Positions 8,490 through 17,485 of a DNA stretch of 64,000 bases are shown here, piece by piece (within the stretch, counting starts at the first letter, position 1; every line of letters starts with the position of its first letter). The notes below the pieces were generated by a model that had not been told where the DNA came from, made no database searches, and was given only the letters and a program-made list of their open reading frames with translations. Origin of the DNA: a virus. Location of the stretch: the IMG/VR virus record IMGVR_UViG_3300028654_000009; one strand, written 5' to 3'. Position numbers and translations under genes: made by a program.

Positions 8490-11400
8490 TACTCTAACGC
8501 TCCCAGACTTTCGTACTCGGGCTGCTCGCCCTGCTCGCCCAGCGGGTCATACCATTTTTTATCTTTTGGTTTTCGGTACTGGTCAATATCTTGGAATCGC
8601 TTTTCTGCGTCCGCCATGACTTGCTTTTTGTTGAACCGATTTGTCTCAAACCCGGGGATGACCTCCTGGGCCCCCTCATTATAGTGCTCCGGAATCATAT
8701 TAGCATGCTCACGGAACTTGTCAAGCATTGCTCCCTTGTTTTTATCGAACCAATCCCAGGTCCCCTTCCATGCTTCCGGATTTTCTCCAGGCAATCCGCC
8801 CATAACCAAGGCGGCATTGTGAGTCAACAACCTAGAGTGATCCATAACGGGCCTATGTCCGCCATCGAACAGTCCCCCGTGGTCAATAGCCAACGGCAGA
8901 CCGTTAGGCTGGATCATCAGATTGTTGCTGTGGCGATCTGAGTTGCCCGTTAGATAGTCCATAATGGCAATCCGGCGCATGGCTTCACGTGCCTCCGGCC
9001 GATCGGCTACCCGGCCGGGCTCATAACCCGACCCCACATCACTGAAAGCTTGATGTAGCGACTTTACCCCAGGCTCCATATGTACGACCAAAGCGGGATT
9101 ATGGAGCCTCTCTTGAATATTGCCCTTCCCTCCCGGAATATTGAGCTGGGTGGCATGAACCTTTTGGTGAAGGTGCCCGATCCCGCCGGCATGGTACATG
9201 GCCTGATTGGTTAGCTCATTCCAGGCGGACAGGGGGGTTTGCTGGTTGCTGGCCGGCTTGACCATGTAGCGCTTGCCTCCGTGTTGATAAACGGCCTTGG
9301 GTTCGATATCGCCCTTACCGTCAGGCCCTCTCCCTTCCCACACCATGGTGGGCTCGTGCGTGTTGTTACTGTCGTTCAGGTTCTTCTCAAACGTGTTGAC
9401 GTCATTCTGGTGGGCAGCCGGATGGGCCTTCATCAGGCTGTTGTGAATCATCTTGGCTCCCAAGGTGGCATCGAAGCCCTGATGACCAAACACGCCCATC
9501 AGCTGGTCCTTCCCGCCCGCAAGGGCTTTGGACATCATTCCGTCGTCCCCAAGCAAAGGCTCCAGAGCGGCCTTCCATTTGGGGTCCCGTCCACGCCGAT
9601 GCTCTTCCACTCGCTTGTTGAGCCAGTTGATCCGTTTTTGGAAGCCAGCACGAAGGTTGTACTTCGCGCGCGGGTCGGTCACGTTCTCCAGGCGCTTCTC
9701 GAACGCTTCTTGGATAGGCAGCTTGTTTTCGTCGTACCAGGGCAGTACGTGGCGCGCGTCCCAAGAGTTCAAGCCCGGAATCTGATAGTCCCTGTCTTGG
9801 GGGAACGAACCTGGCCTGTTGTGGCCTGCGGCATAAGAAAATGCGCTGCCGTGATCAATCGCCAAAAGGGTCTTATCGGGCCTTACAAGGAGGTTTTCAC
9901 TGTGTCTGTCTTGATTGTCGATCAGGAAATCCATCAGCTGAATTTTGCGGATGTCCGCCTGGTTCGTAGGCAGGTGGTCCCTTTTGAATGAGGTGTTCCC
10001 AATATCCTTAGCCGGCTCCGCTCGGATTACCTGCGCTGGTACCATCCAATCGCCATACCCATGAGGGGCCGTGAAGGTTTCCTGGTGAAGCCTGCCGATA
10101 CCCGCAGCGTGGTACATAGCCTGGTTGGTGTTTTCCGCCCAGCCCGGCATGAACCCGTGTTTGCTGTAGGGCTTGACAATGAACTTCTGAGCCTTTGCGT
10201 AGCCCTTGACCGGCAGCTTATAGATCATCTTGGGATCGCCGCCCCTTGAAAGCTTATCTATTGTCTTGTCGGCATGGTCATAGATGCCCGAAGACCTCTC
10301 CGGCTTGACATGCGCAGCCATCCCTTGCCGATACGCCTCGACCGAATAATGGTGATGGGGCATAGGTTCTTCTGCTGCTGGATTGGAGAGATGGGGAGCC
10401 TTGACCTCTTCTGCGAAGTCGTTGGCGTTATCAATCACGGCCTTCGCCATACGCAGTTTAGGATACTTCGAATGCCCCCTGACTTTCTCGATGTGAGCCG
10501 CTGCCACCTGAATCGGAAGCGAAGGATCGTCCTGGGTGGCCTCTATCATGTGGTGGAGGTGCTCATCTGTCAGGCGAGGGTCCGCCATCAAGTCTTCATG
10601 ACGGTGAAACACAGGGTTTCCCTCGTGGTCGCGAGTGGAGTGTGCCAACACCCTCAATGCCAGGTTAGAAAGCGGGTGATAGAACGCGGTTTTGTAAACG
10701 TTGTGGTCGGGGTCGAGGATCGCGTTGGCTACGTCAGTTGGATCGGTCGAGTCCATCTTGAGAGCCAGCGAGCGTTCAATGGGGTCCGGGTGCTCAAGCA
10801 GGTGTGCAGCTTCAGAGGGCTCGTGTTTCTTGACATAGTCCTTGAGGTCTTTCTTCCCCTTCCAGCTGAACGCGGGTGTCTTGACCCGGTCGTTGATTCT
10901 TCCGTCTAGGGTGGCTTCGTCTTCTGCAAAAGCTTTTTCGTGTTCTTCGGGCGTAGCTAGTTGAGACTTATGCGGTCCCACAATAGTCTCCCAATGTGGG
11001 CTCTGATAGCCAGGCCCAGCAGGTTTGGTGGAATGTGAAAAATCGTTCTCTTTGGCCCATTGTGCGTTGTCTTCGGCGCGTGGGTGGACGGCGCCCCACA
11101 TCGGCAACATTGCGTGGATATCATTCTGGTGAATCCAGGCTGAAGTGATAGGCCCCTTGTACTCTCGCTTGAAATTATGGAGGATGCTGTACAGCTCTCC
11201 CGGAGGGGCGCCCACAATAGGCGTCCAGGAGGTTTTTCTGTCATGCGACACGTGCGCAGGGCCGACGGCGGATTGAGCTTCGGCAGGAGACATCGCCCGG
11301 TGCATAAGGAATGACCTGGTGCCGTCCGGGTGAACCTTGACTTGGGTTTTCCCAGAAAGCTTGTGGAGGCCCCTGACGCGCGCGGGGCCCTCCATTCTGG

Positions 11401-12523
11401 GGATATTCTCCCTGGTTGGGTCTTCCCTGAAACGCCTTTGATAATCCGGGTCAGAAGCGACTTGCCACCTTGCTACGGCCTGCTCGCCTTGGGGAGAAAG
11501 GTCTTGAAAGGGATCGTAGCTGGGGAGGGCTTTGTTTAGGCCAGCGCCGCTATGGGCGATCGCGTAGGGGCTGTCTCTCGGCAACCTCTCCAAATGGGCT
11601 CCCCCATTAGGGACCACGGCCGACACGGACCCTTCGTCTTCCGCTACATTCCGATAATAATAACCGCGCTTGGCGGCCCCTCTTTTTATGGCGCCCGCCA
11701 TATAACCGTTGGCCCTAAAGTCATCGTGGGCCGACATGGGAGTGTTCGACATAGGGCCCACGATCCTGACAGGGAAGATATCTGGCTTGTGGTTTGGCGA
11801 TATAGATGTCCCGTCTCCAAAGGTGGGCATCGCGGTAGCGTAATGATCTTCTGCCATAGGCCCGCTATTGTATCCGGTCCTCTGGACGCCCCTAGCTTGC
11901 AAGGTCTTGTGGCCGGCGAGCAAGGTCTTCCCATATTCTCTTGTGCCGTCCCAGCTGCCCTCTGCCGGAACACCGATTCTTGCATGCAAAGCCTGCTCTG
12001 CAGCCTTCCGGGTCCCGATATGCAGCCCCACTTTGCCGCCAACTAGCTCACCGCTCGGACTCCCATGCCACCACACCTTTTCCCTGTGGCCGTCGTTAGT
12101 GGCTTTGGCCAGGCCTTCGCCCTCTTCAACGCTGAACAACTGGCGCAGGAGGTTAGCCTCACCAGGAGGCCCTTCGAGGTTTTCCCACACGTCCCTGGGA
12201 ATGCCTTTGAGCACCGGAATCCACTTCCAGGCGCCATCCTTGACTTCCTCGTCAGGGTCATGGGTCGAATGGGCGTCACCTGAGCAGAGAGCCGAGAACA
12301 GGTGGATCATTGCGCCGGACGGATTAACTTCAGATTTGATATGCGTCAGTGACTTAGGGCGCAGGCCGGTCTCCTCGTACAGCTCCCTGGCGGCAGCTAC
12401 CGTTTTGTCTTCGCCCTCGTTGAGACCCCCACCTGGCATCGTCCAGGTGCCACGGTCGGAGCGCTTCCCGAGCAAAATCTCGCCTTTCCCGTTGGTGACG
12501 AGTATGAGAGAAACTTGCTTCAT
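8489..12523 (-). CDS. Polyvalent protein: Nudix + ART-like + ART-like + helical repeats + two PI3/4K/HipA-like kinase domains
   Basis: Nudix box GGGLNEGEDKTVAAARELYEETGL. ART-like WHGS...GLHIGT...YRNVAEDEGSVS and HRAMS...TSWT...WETIV. Kinase motifs NQDRHSEN...IDHG and NSDRHSNN...IDHG. Confidence 0.8.
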   Translation of the reverse strand: MKQVSLILVTNGKGEILLGKRSDRGTWTMPGGGLNEGEDKTVAAARELYEETGLRPKSLTHIKSEVNPSGAMIHLFSALCSGDAHSTHDPDEEVKDGAWKWIPVLKGIPRDVWENLEGPPGEANLLRQLFSVEEGEGLAKATNDGHREKVWWHGSPSGELVGGKVGLHIGTRKAAEQALHARIGVPAEGSWDGTREYGKTLLAGHKTLQARGVQRTGYNSGPMAEDHYATAMPTFGDGTSISPNHKPDIFPVRIVGPMSNTPMSAHDDFRANGYMAGAIKRGAAKRGYYYRNVAEDEGSVSAVVPNGGAHLERLPRDSPYAIAHSGAGLNKALPSYDPFQDLSPQGEQAVARWQVASDPDYQRRFREDPTRENIPRMEGPARVRGLHKLSGKTQVKVHPDGTRSFLMHRAMSPAEAQSAVGPAHVSHDRKTSWTPIVGAPPGELYSILHNFKREYKGPITSAWIHQNDIHAMLPMWGAVHPRAEDNAQWAKENDFSHSTKPAGPGYQSPHWETIVGPHKSQLATPEEHEKAFAEDEATLDGRINDRVKTPAFSWKGKKDLKDYVKKHEPSEAAHLLEHPDPIERSLALKMDSTDPTDVANAILDPDHNVYKTAFYHPLSNLALRVLAHSTRDHEGNPVFHRHEDLMADPRLTDEHLHHMIEATQDDPSLPIQVAAAHIEKVRGHSKYPKLRMAKAVIDNANDFAEEVKAPHLSNPAAEEPMPHHHYSVEAYRQGMAAHVKPERSSGIYDHADKTIDKLSRGGDPKMIYKLPVKGYAKAQKFIVKPYSKHGFMPGWAENTNQAMYHAAGIGRLHQETFTAPHGYGDWMVPAQVIRAEPAKDIGNTSFKRDHLPTNQADIRKIQLMDFLIDNQDRHSENLLVRPDKTLLAIDHGSAFSYAAGHNRPGSFPQDRDYQIPGLNSWDARHVLPWYDENKLPIQEAFEKRLENVTDPRAKYNLRAGFQKRINWLNKRVEEHRRGRDPKWKAALEPLLGDDGMMSKALAGGKDQLMGVFGHQGFDATLGAKMIHNSLMKAHPAAHQNDVNTFEKNLNDSNNTHEPTMVWEGRGPDGKGDIEPKAVYQHGGKRYMVKPASNQQTPLSAWNELTNQAMYHAGGIGHLHQKVHATQLNIPGGKGNIQERLHNPALVVHMEPGVKSLHQAFSDVGSGYEPGRVADRPEAREAMRRIAIMDYLTGNSDRHSNNLMIQPNGLPLAIDHGGLFDGGHRPVMDHSRLLTHNAALVMGGLPGENPEAWKGTWDWFDKNKGAMLDKFREHANMIPEHYNEGAQEVIPGFETNRFNKKQVMADAEKRFQDIDQYRKPKDKKWYDPLGEQGEQPEYESLGALE

Positions 12524-13368
12524 TACAAACTTCCGGTGAACATCCCCAAGCCCATCTGGCGCTGGAGTTTCTTGACCAAGAACTTCCGCTTATCCTGAAG
12601 GATCTTCAACCGATCGTTGAACAAATCAGGACCGGGAGTAGACTGACTCTGGGAAAGCCCATCGATGCTCAAGCTCGCCGAGGTGGACCTCGAATACGTG
12701 GTCGCGAGCATGGCTAGGACTTCCATAGCAGTGATGACGCCGATGAGCTGGTTCACCACGCGAGGAACCATCCCGTCCTTGAAGCCGGTCGTATAGATAA
12801 CCTCGAAGAACGAAGCAATCCAGGGGCGATGTCCGAAGATGGCCATAAACTGCGCTCCGTAGGGCCCTGTTCCAATCTGAGCATAGTTGTTCGTCTGCAG
12901 AGCGATCGTCAAAGGGATGAGATTGAGCTGTCCCTGGTGGAGGTAGCCCACGTCGATCCAGTCCAAGGGAATTGAGTAGATCGTCTGCTCGTTCGATGCA
13001 GTGATGGTGACGGCCTGCAGAGACTGAATAGGCCGATGTCTCAATTGCATGAACCCGAGAGACTCATACTCGGGCTTGTCGAAAGCGAGCTTCTCTTTGA
13101 ACTGCTTAGGGAAGATATCGAACCCGCCGTCGATCTCGGCCAGAGCTACAGCCTCAATGATATACTCCTTGAGTTCTTCCGGGCCTATGTACATGGGCTT
13201 ACCAGTACGCGGATCTTTGACTGCTGAGATAAGGGGAATGCCCCACAGGTGAAGGCGGATAACCTTCTCAGGGGTGATCAGCGGCTCGTGCTGGAGCCAT
13301 ACGCCCTCAATTTTGTTGATGTCGAAAATTTCACCGACACCGTCTTTGCTAGTCGTGTAATCGGCCAT
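12523..13368 (-). CDS. Putative head-tail adaptor/neck protein
   Basis: 281 aa. LRHRPIQS...YTTGF...SLSIDGLSQS pattern typical of adaptor proteins downstream of SPO1-like capsids. Confidence 0.6.
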   Translation of the reverse strand: MADYTTSKDGVGEIFDINKIEGVWLQHEPLITPEKVIRLHLWGIPLISAVKDPRTGKPMYIGPEELKEYIIEAVALAEIDGGFDIFPKQFKEKLAFDKPEYESLGFMQLRHRPIQSLQAVTITASNEQTIYSIPLDWIDVGYLHQGQLNLIPLTIALQTNNYAQIGTGPYGAQFMAIFGHRPWIASFFEVIYTTGFKDGMVPRVVNQLIGVITAMEVLAMLATTYSRSTSASLSIDGLSQSQSTPGPDLFNDRLKILQDKRKFLVKKLQRQMGLGMFTGSL

Positions 13369-13441
13369 TAAAGTCGCGCTCTTTTCTTGAGATTATCGGC
13401 AGCCCACAAGGGCTGCATGTTGGTGTAGTGGGAGGCCTTCA

Positions 13442-13852
13442 TTAGCAGTCGCTCCCGTCAGTAGCAGCCAAGATAGCAGCCTGAAGCACCGCGATTTTCT
13501 GATTGGCAGACTCGGTAAGAGTAATCCTGATCGACACCGTCCCTCGGATGGGGTCAGTGGCCAAGAGAGAAACCTTCCAAATCGAGGGGTCTTGAGCAAA
13601 CGGCTGAACGGCTGCTCGGTTGAACTTTTTATTGCTATCAATGTTCTGAAACTGGATCAGCATAGTCGCCCCTACGACCGGCATGTACCGGAGACCGGCA
13701 GGCTCCCAGCCCTTCGTCAAAGGGAGCTGATCCTTGTCAATCAGCTGGATGTAAACGTCAAAGGGGGTGCCCTCGAATACCTCCACCTGGGTGATGAATT
13801 CGAAGTGATTGATATCAGAAACGTTGCCCAGAAGGCGCGCGCCAAAGTTCAT
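13442..13852 (-). CDS. Hypothetical beta-rich virion protein
   Basis: 136 aa in the late operon. AATCT lies 6 nt upstream of the ATG. Confidence 0.6.
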   Translation of the reverse strand: MNFGARLLGNVSDINHFEFITQVEVFEGTPFDVYIQLIDKDQLPLTKGWEPAGLRYMPVVGATMLIQFQNIDSNKKFNRAAVQPFAQDPSIWKVSLLATDPIRGTVSIRITLTESANQKIAVLQAAILAATDGSDC

Positions 13853-13880
13853 GACCTTAGATTAGGCCGAATCTTGATTG

Positions 13881-14300
13881 ATGCGTTATGTCTTACCTTT
13901 GCTGGCGATCCTGCTGACGGCCTGCCCTCCCAAGGCACTTCCACAAGACCCCCAAATGGTCCAGGCGGTCCAGATTGCGTGGAGCTATTACAAGCTCCCA
14001 GGGAAGCCCCCTACGTACGTCCTGATGCAGGGCGCGGCCCTTACGTGCAGGAATAGCCCGGGCACAGAAATGGTTGGCTGGGGATGTAAGGGCGTGGTTC
14101 ACCCAGGCTGCACTTGCGTCGCCGGCACGGAAGACGGGGCGAGCTTTGCTATTGCTCGGGTGGATAATCAGCCGTGGCACACGACTGCAATTTGTCACGA
14201 AGCCCAGCACGCTGCTGTGGGCAACTACAACCATACGCAACCAGCCTGGGACAACCTGTTGCTCCCCTGCCAGGCCGCTCAGACTGCCGCCGGGCTCTAG
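13881..14300 (+). CDS. Cys-rich lipoprotein with HExxH motif
   Basis: Signal peptide with lipobox LTAC; CHEAQHAAVGNYNH. Confidence 0.65.
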   Translation: MRYVLPLLAILLTACPPKALPQDPQMVQAVQIAWSYYKLPGKPPTYVLMQGAALTCRNSPGTEMVGWGCKGVVHPGCTCVAGTEDGASFAIARVDNQPWHTTAICHEAQHAAVGNYNHTQPAWDNLLLPCQAAQTAAGL

Positions 14301-14842
14301 TCCTCTTCAGAACTCTTTCGGCTCTCCCAGAATTCTTCGAGTTCTCTGTCCCTTTCGGCCAACGTAGTTCCCAGTAGGTCATCGAGGGCGCCGTCATCAT
14401 AGGTGCCCGTTGCAAGTGCCTTCCCGAAGAATCCACTAACCTCATTTACGAACGCTGTTGGAGACAGCAGCTCCCTTGGGGTGGGCATGGTCCCGGGGCT
14501 GACGTGGTGGAGGCGTTCAAACTTCTCTCCTAGATCAAACCACCACTCAATCTCCTTGCCTAGGTCGATAGCAAGGATGATTTCGAGTTCCATCCCCTCA
14601 CTTATGGCCCCTCCGACGATATAAACAGCAACACGGTCAGAGGTTGCCAAATACGCCTGGGCGGCGATGATTCCTAGCTGTCTGTCCACTTCTTTGGTGT
14701 CGTCTAGAAATTGCGTGTAATACCCGTGTGGAGCAAAGGGCGCTCTCCCCATGCTCAGCTGGTGAGTTGCATACCGATGGCTCTTAAGGATGTTCCCCGA
14801 AACTTCGCCCCGCAGCCTGCTGCAAACGAATACCGTTTCCAT
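14297..14842 (-). CDS. Nucleoside 2-deoxyribosyltransferase-like (DUF4406-like) protein
   Basis: VFVCSRLRG...PFAPH...ISEGMELEI motif pattern. Confidence 0.65.
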   Translation of the reverse strand: METVFVCSRLRGEVSGNILKSHRYATHQLSMGRAPFAPHGYYTQFLDDTKEVDRQLGIIAAQAYLATSDRVAVYIVGGAISEGMELEIILAIDLGKEIEWWFDLGEKFERLHHVSPGTMPTPRELLSPTAFVNEVSGFFGKALATGTYDDGALDDLLGTTLAERDRELEEFWESRKSSEED

Positions 14843-15141
14843 CAGTTGAGGTTTGGGTTTGGAGGGATTTTGATCCCCTCTTTTTCGAGGGTCTTGATTG
14901 CAAGGTCGTTGGCGCGGCCGTACTGAACTCGGAAGGTGTCAACCAACACTTCACAAGGTAGACCAGAAAATCCAGCTGCGCGGGCGGCCGCAAGGACCAG
15001 AGAAAACAGCGCCAGGAGCGGGTTAGGAGAAATGTCGCCGGCCTTTTCAATCAACACGGAGGAGTTCACGCCGGCTGTCTTTTCCCAGCCTTCCGGTAGC
15101 AGATCCTCCAACGAGTGTTTCTCAGAATCGTCTTTAGGCAT
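14842..15141 (-). CDS. Hypothetical protein
   Basis: 99 aa, AATCT 6 nt upstream, coupled to the next gene. Confidence 0.6.
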   Translation of the reverse strand: MPKDDSEKHSLEDLLPEGWEKTAGVNSSVLIEKAGDISPNPLLALFSLVLAAARAAGFSGLPCEVLVDTFRVQYGRANDLAIKTLEKEGIKIPPNPNLN

Positions 15142-15180
15142 CTTCTAAGATTAGCATACAAATCAATGAATTACAAACGC

Positions 15181-15214
15181 AAAAGGCCCCTGCAGTTTCC
15201 AGCCTGCAGGGGCC
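15181..15214 (-). terminator. Rho-independent terminator
   Basis: 11-bp stem GGCCCCTGCAG/CTGCAGGGGCC followed by TTTT on the minus strand. Confidence 0.8.
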
Positions 15215-15244
15215 ACTAAAACCTACATGTATGACCTATAGGTT

Positions 15245-15892
15245 TTAGTATTGCTTCTCAAAATCAGAGAACACGTAACGAGGTGCGTTGGGGTAATTGT
15301 TGTTCTTCAGGAAGCCAATTTCCACAAACGAAGTGGGATTGTCGTTGCGACAGTCTCCGTAAGTTGGCTCCGGGAAACTGGGAAACAAATAGAAAGCATC
15401 GACGGACAGCGTGTAATATGTGTTAGGGTTGATTACATACACCGACCCGTCCGTGAAGTTGCAGGAACCAGAGCTAGCATACCATACAATCTGGAGCCCG
15501 GCAATCATAGGCAGACTGTAGTTGAACGCTCGCGGATCATAATTGCCCCACGCTCGCTCCATGTAAAAGCCACAGCTAGGGGTGTCAAGATTGTCCGAAG
15601 TGCGCTCATACAGGTACTTGTTGACACTCGAATCCCACCTAAGTTTGCTGTGTGTGGGACCGGTCAAAACGGGGGGAGAGGAAGTCCCTTCCCCGGTCCA
15701 GCTCGACTGGGTTCCGTCAGACTTCCAGTGATCCACGATACGGCAATAGCTGCTTTCCTTCTCCTGGGCAACTCCGACCTTGTCGGCAGCCAGCTGCGCG
15801 CTGAAATCCTTTGTGGTGGGAGCCTTGACGGGCTCGCCTCCACATGCTACCAATACCAAACCAACGATCATTGAGAGTGCTACTTTCTTCAT
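15245..15892 (-). CDS. Lipoprotein (moron-like, own promoter and terminator)
   Basis: MKKVALSMIVGLVLVAC lipobox, AAAGGA RBS, lower GC than flanks. Confidence 0.8.
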   Translation of the reverse strand: MKKVALSMIVGLVLVACGGEPVKAPTTKDFSAQLAADKVGVAQEKESSYCRIVDHWKSDGTQSSWTGEGTSSPPVLTGPTHSKLRWDSSVNKYLYERTSDNLDTPSCGFYMERAWGNYDPRAFNYSLPMIAGLQIVWYASSGSCNFTDGSVYVINPNTYYTLSVDAFYLFPSFPEPTYGDCRNDNPTSFVEIGFLKNNNYPNAPRYVFSDFEKQY

Positions 15893-15934
15893 TTCATTCC
15901 TTTCTGTTACGGGTTTTGGGTTCCTAAACGGGAT

Positions 15935-15962
15935 AGTTTAGCAGAGTTTTATTGAGTGTCAA
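15935..15962 (-). promoter_or_regulatory. Sigma70-type promoter TTGACA-N16-TAAACT
   Basis: Consensus match upstream of the lipoprotein gene. Confidence 0.75.
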
Positions 15963-15969
15963 GGGGGTT

Positions 15970-15989
15970 ATTACAGGGTACCCTGTAAT
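15970..15989. repeat. Perfect 20-bp palindrome ATTACAGGGTACCCTGTAAT
   Basis: Seen directly, 7 bp upstream of the -35 box. Confidence 0.85.
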
Positions 15990-15991
15990 GC

Positions 15992-16022
15992 AAAAGGCCC
16001 AGGAGGTTATCCTGGGCCTTTT
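15992..16022 (-). terminator. Rho-independent (bidirectional) terminator after the major capsid gene
   Basis: AAAAGGCCCAGGA-ggtta-TCCTGGGCCTTTT. Confidence 0.9.
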
Positions 16023-16051
16023 ATGGTCTAACTAACTAGTTACTTAGCTTA

Positions 16052-17443
16052 TTACAGCTGTCCGCGCAAGTTGTCGATCAGCACGTTCTTGCGGGGCTCC
16101 ACAACCGCCAAAGTCAAGAACCGCAGATGCGCCTCGGGGATGCTGAGGTCCGAGACCGCCAGCTTCACTCGGCTGTAAGGGGCAAGCTCCTTCAGCTCCA
16201 TGGTGTCGCCCTGGATGAGATAGCCCGTCACGAAGCCCGGGAGCTTATTCCCGAGGTCGAGGAAGGTGGTGTTACCCGACACCGCCGAGATAACCCGACC
16301 AACGAACTTGGCCGAGGAGGCCGCGCCGCCAGCGTTCGTGCGGTACACATTGTACCCGCGAACCGTACCAGAACCCGGAGGGGTGATGGTCAGGGTGATC
16401 TTGTCGTTCAGGTTGACCGAGGCCGACGCGATAGAGGCCGAAGCCGGGGACTCGCCGTTCTCGTTGAACGAGGTGACGTAGAAGGTGTAGACGCCAGCCG
16501 CGAGAGCCCCACCGGCGCTGTTGGCAATGCCGAGGGTAGGAGCGGTAGGAGAGTTGGCGCGGGTGCGAGCCGGCTTGCTCTTACCACGAAGGAACTGGCT
16601 GGCCTCGATGTTGACGGTACCACCAGAAACCCACTGCTTGCGGAGGTCGCCACCGGTCGAGTCCTGAGGGGACCCCGCGAGAATTACTCGCTCCTTGCCG
16701 ATAACCAGCTTGTTGTAAGCCGAGAGGACAATCGGGTCAACCAGAAGGCGGTTGGCAGTGCCGAAGTTGAGAGCGCTACGAACCGCCGCGTCCTCAACCT
16801 TGCCCTGGTCCAGGGTGCCGCCGCCCGAGAGAACCACAGAGTCGTCCGAGCCGAACTCTGAGAACATAAGGTCTCGGCTGTTGACCTGCATGTCGCTCTG
16901 ACGAACCTGGAGACCGAGCCCGTGAATGTTCGGGAGGGCCGGGACGGCGAAGGGATTGCCGTCGAACACGCCCGCGTTCGAGAAGTCGTCGATACCACGG
17001 AAGCTGTCGAACTCGATGTCGCCAGCGATCTTCTTGGCAGCGTCAGCAGCGGCGCGCTCGTCGCTCTTCTTGCCGTCAACAGTCGCCACCATCGTCGAAG
17101 CGATGGTCACCCGACGAACGTGGGAGTAGAATGCCATTGGCACCGTAACCCGCACGAAGTCCGAGGTCTCTTCCTGTCCGACCTGGCCTTCGAGCTGGGC
17201 AGACCCGCCGAAGATACCGTAGCTGAGCTGACGGTCGAACTGGTAGAGGGTGGCCTTGCAGGACGAGGTCCCCACGATCTTCTGGAGCTTGATGTGGCTC
17301 TCATCGAAAGTGACGTTGTTCATGACCGGGCTGCAGTCCTCGATTTGAAGGGCAGCACCCTGGGTCAGCGTACTGGGGGCTGCGTCATAGTTGCCAGCCT
17401 CCAACGCCTTCTTAAGTTCAGTAACGGCATCCATTGCGTTCAT
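16052..17443 (-). CDS. Major capsid protein (SPO1/Twort-like, with FN3-like insertion)
   Basis: 463 aa, strong codon bias. Short propeptide ending LKKA, then GAALQIE; FN3-like YTFYVTSFNENGES. Follows the scaffold and precedes a strong terminator. Confidence 0.9.
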   Translation of the reverse strand: MNAMDAVTELKKALEAGNYDAAPSTLTQGAALQIEDCSPVMNNVTFDESHIKLQKIVGTSSCKATLYQFDRQLSYGIFGGSAQLEGQVGQEETSDFVRVTVPMAFYSHVRRVTIASTMVATVDGKKSDERAAADAAKKIAGDIEFDSFRGIDDFSNAGVFDGNPFAVPALPNIHGLGLQVRQSDMQVNSRDLMFSEFGSDDSVVLSGGGTLDQGKVEDAAVRSALNFGTANRLLVDPIVLSAYNKLVIGKERVILAGSPQDSTGGDLRKQWVSGGTVNIEASQFLRGKSKPARTRANSPTAPTLGIANSAGGALAAGVYTFYVTSFNENGESPASASIASASVNLNDKITLTITPPGSGTVRGYNVYRTNAGGAASSAKFVGRVISAVSGNTTFLDLGNKLPGFVTGYLIQGDTMELKELAPYSRVKLAVSDLSIPEAHLRFLTLAVVEPRKNVLIDNLRGQL

Positions 17444-17485
17444 TTGTGTGTTCTCTCCTGATGGTTTTTGTTGTTGGGGCAGTTG

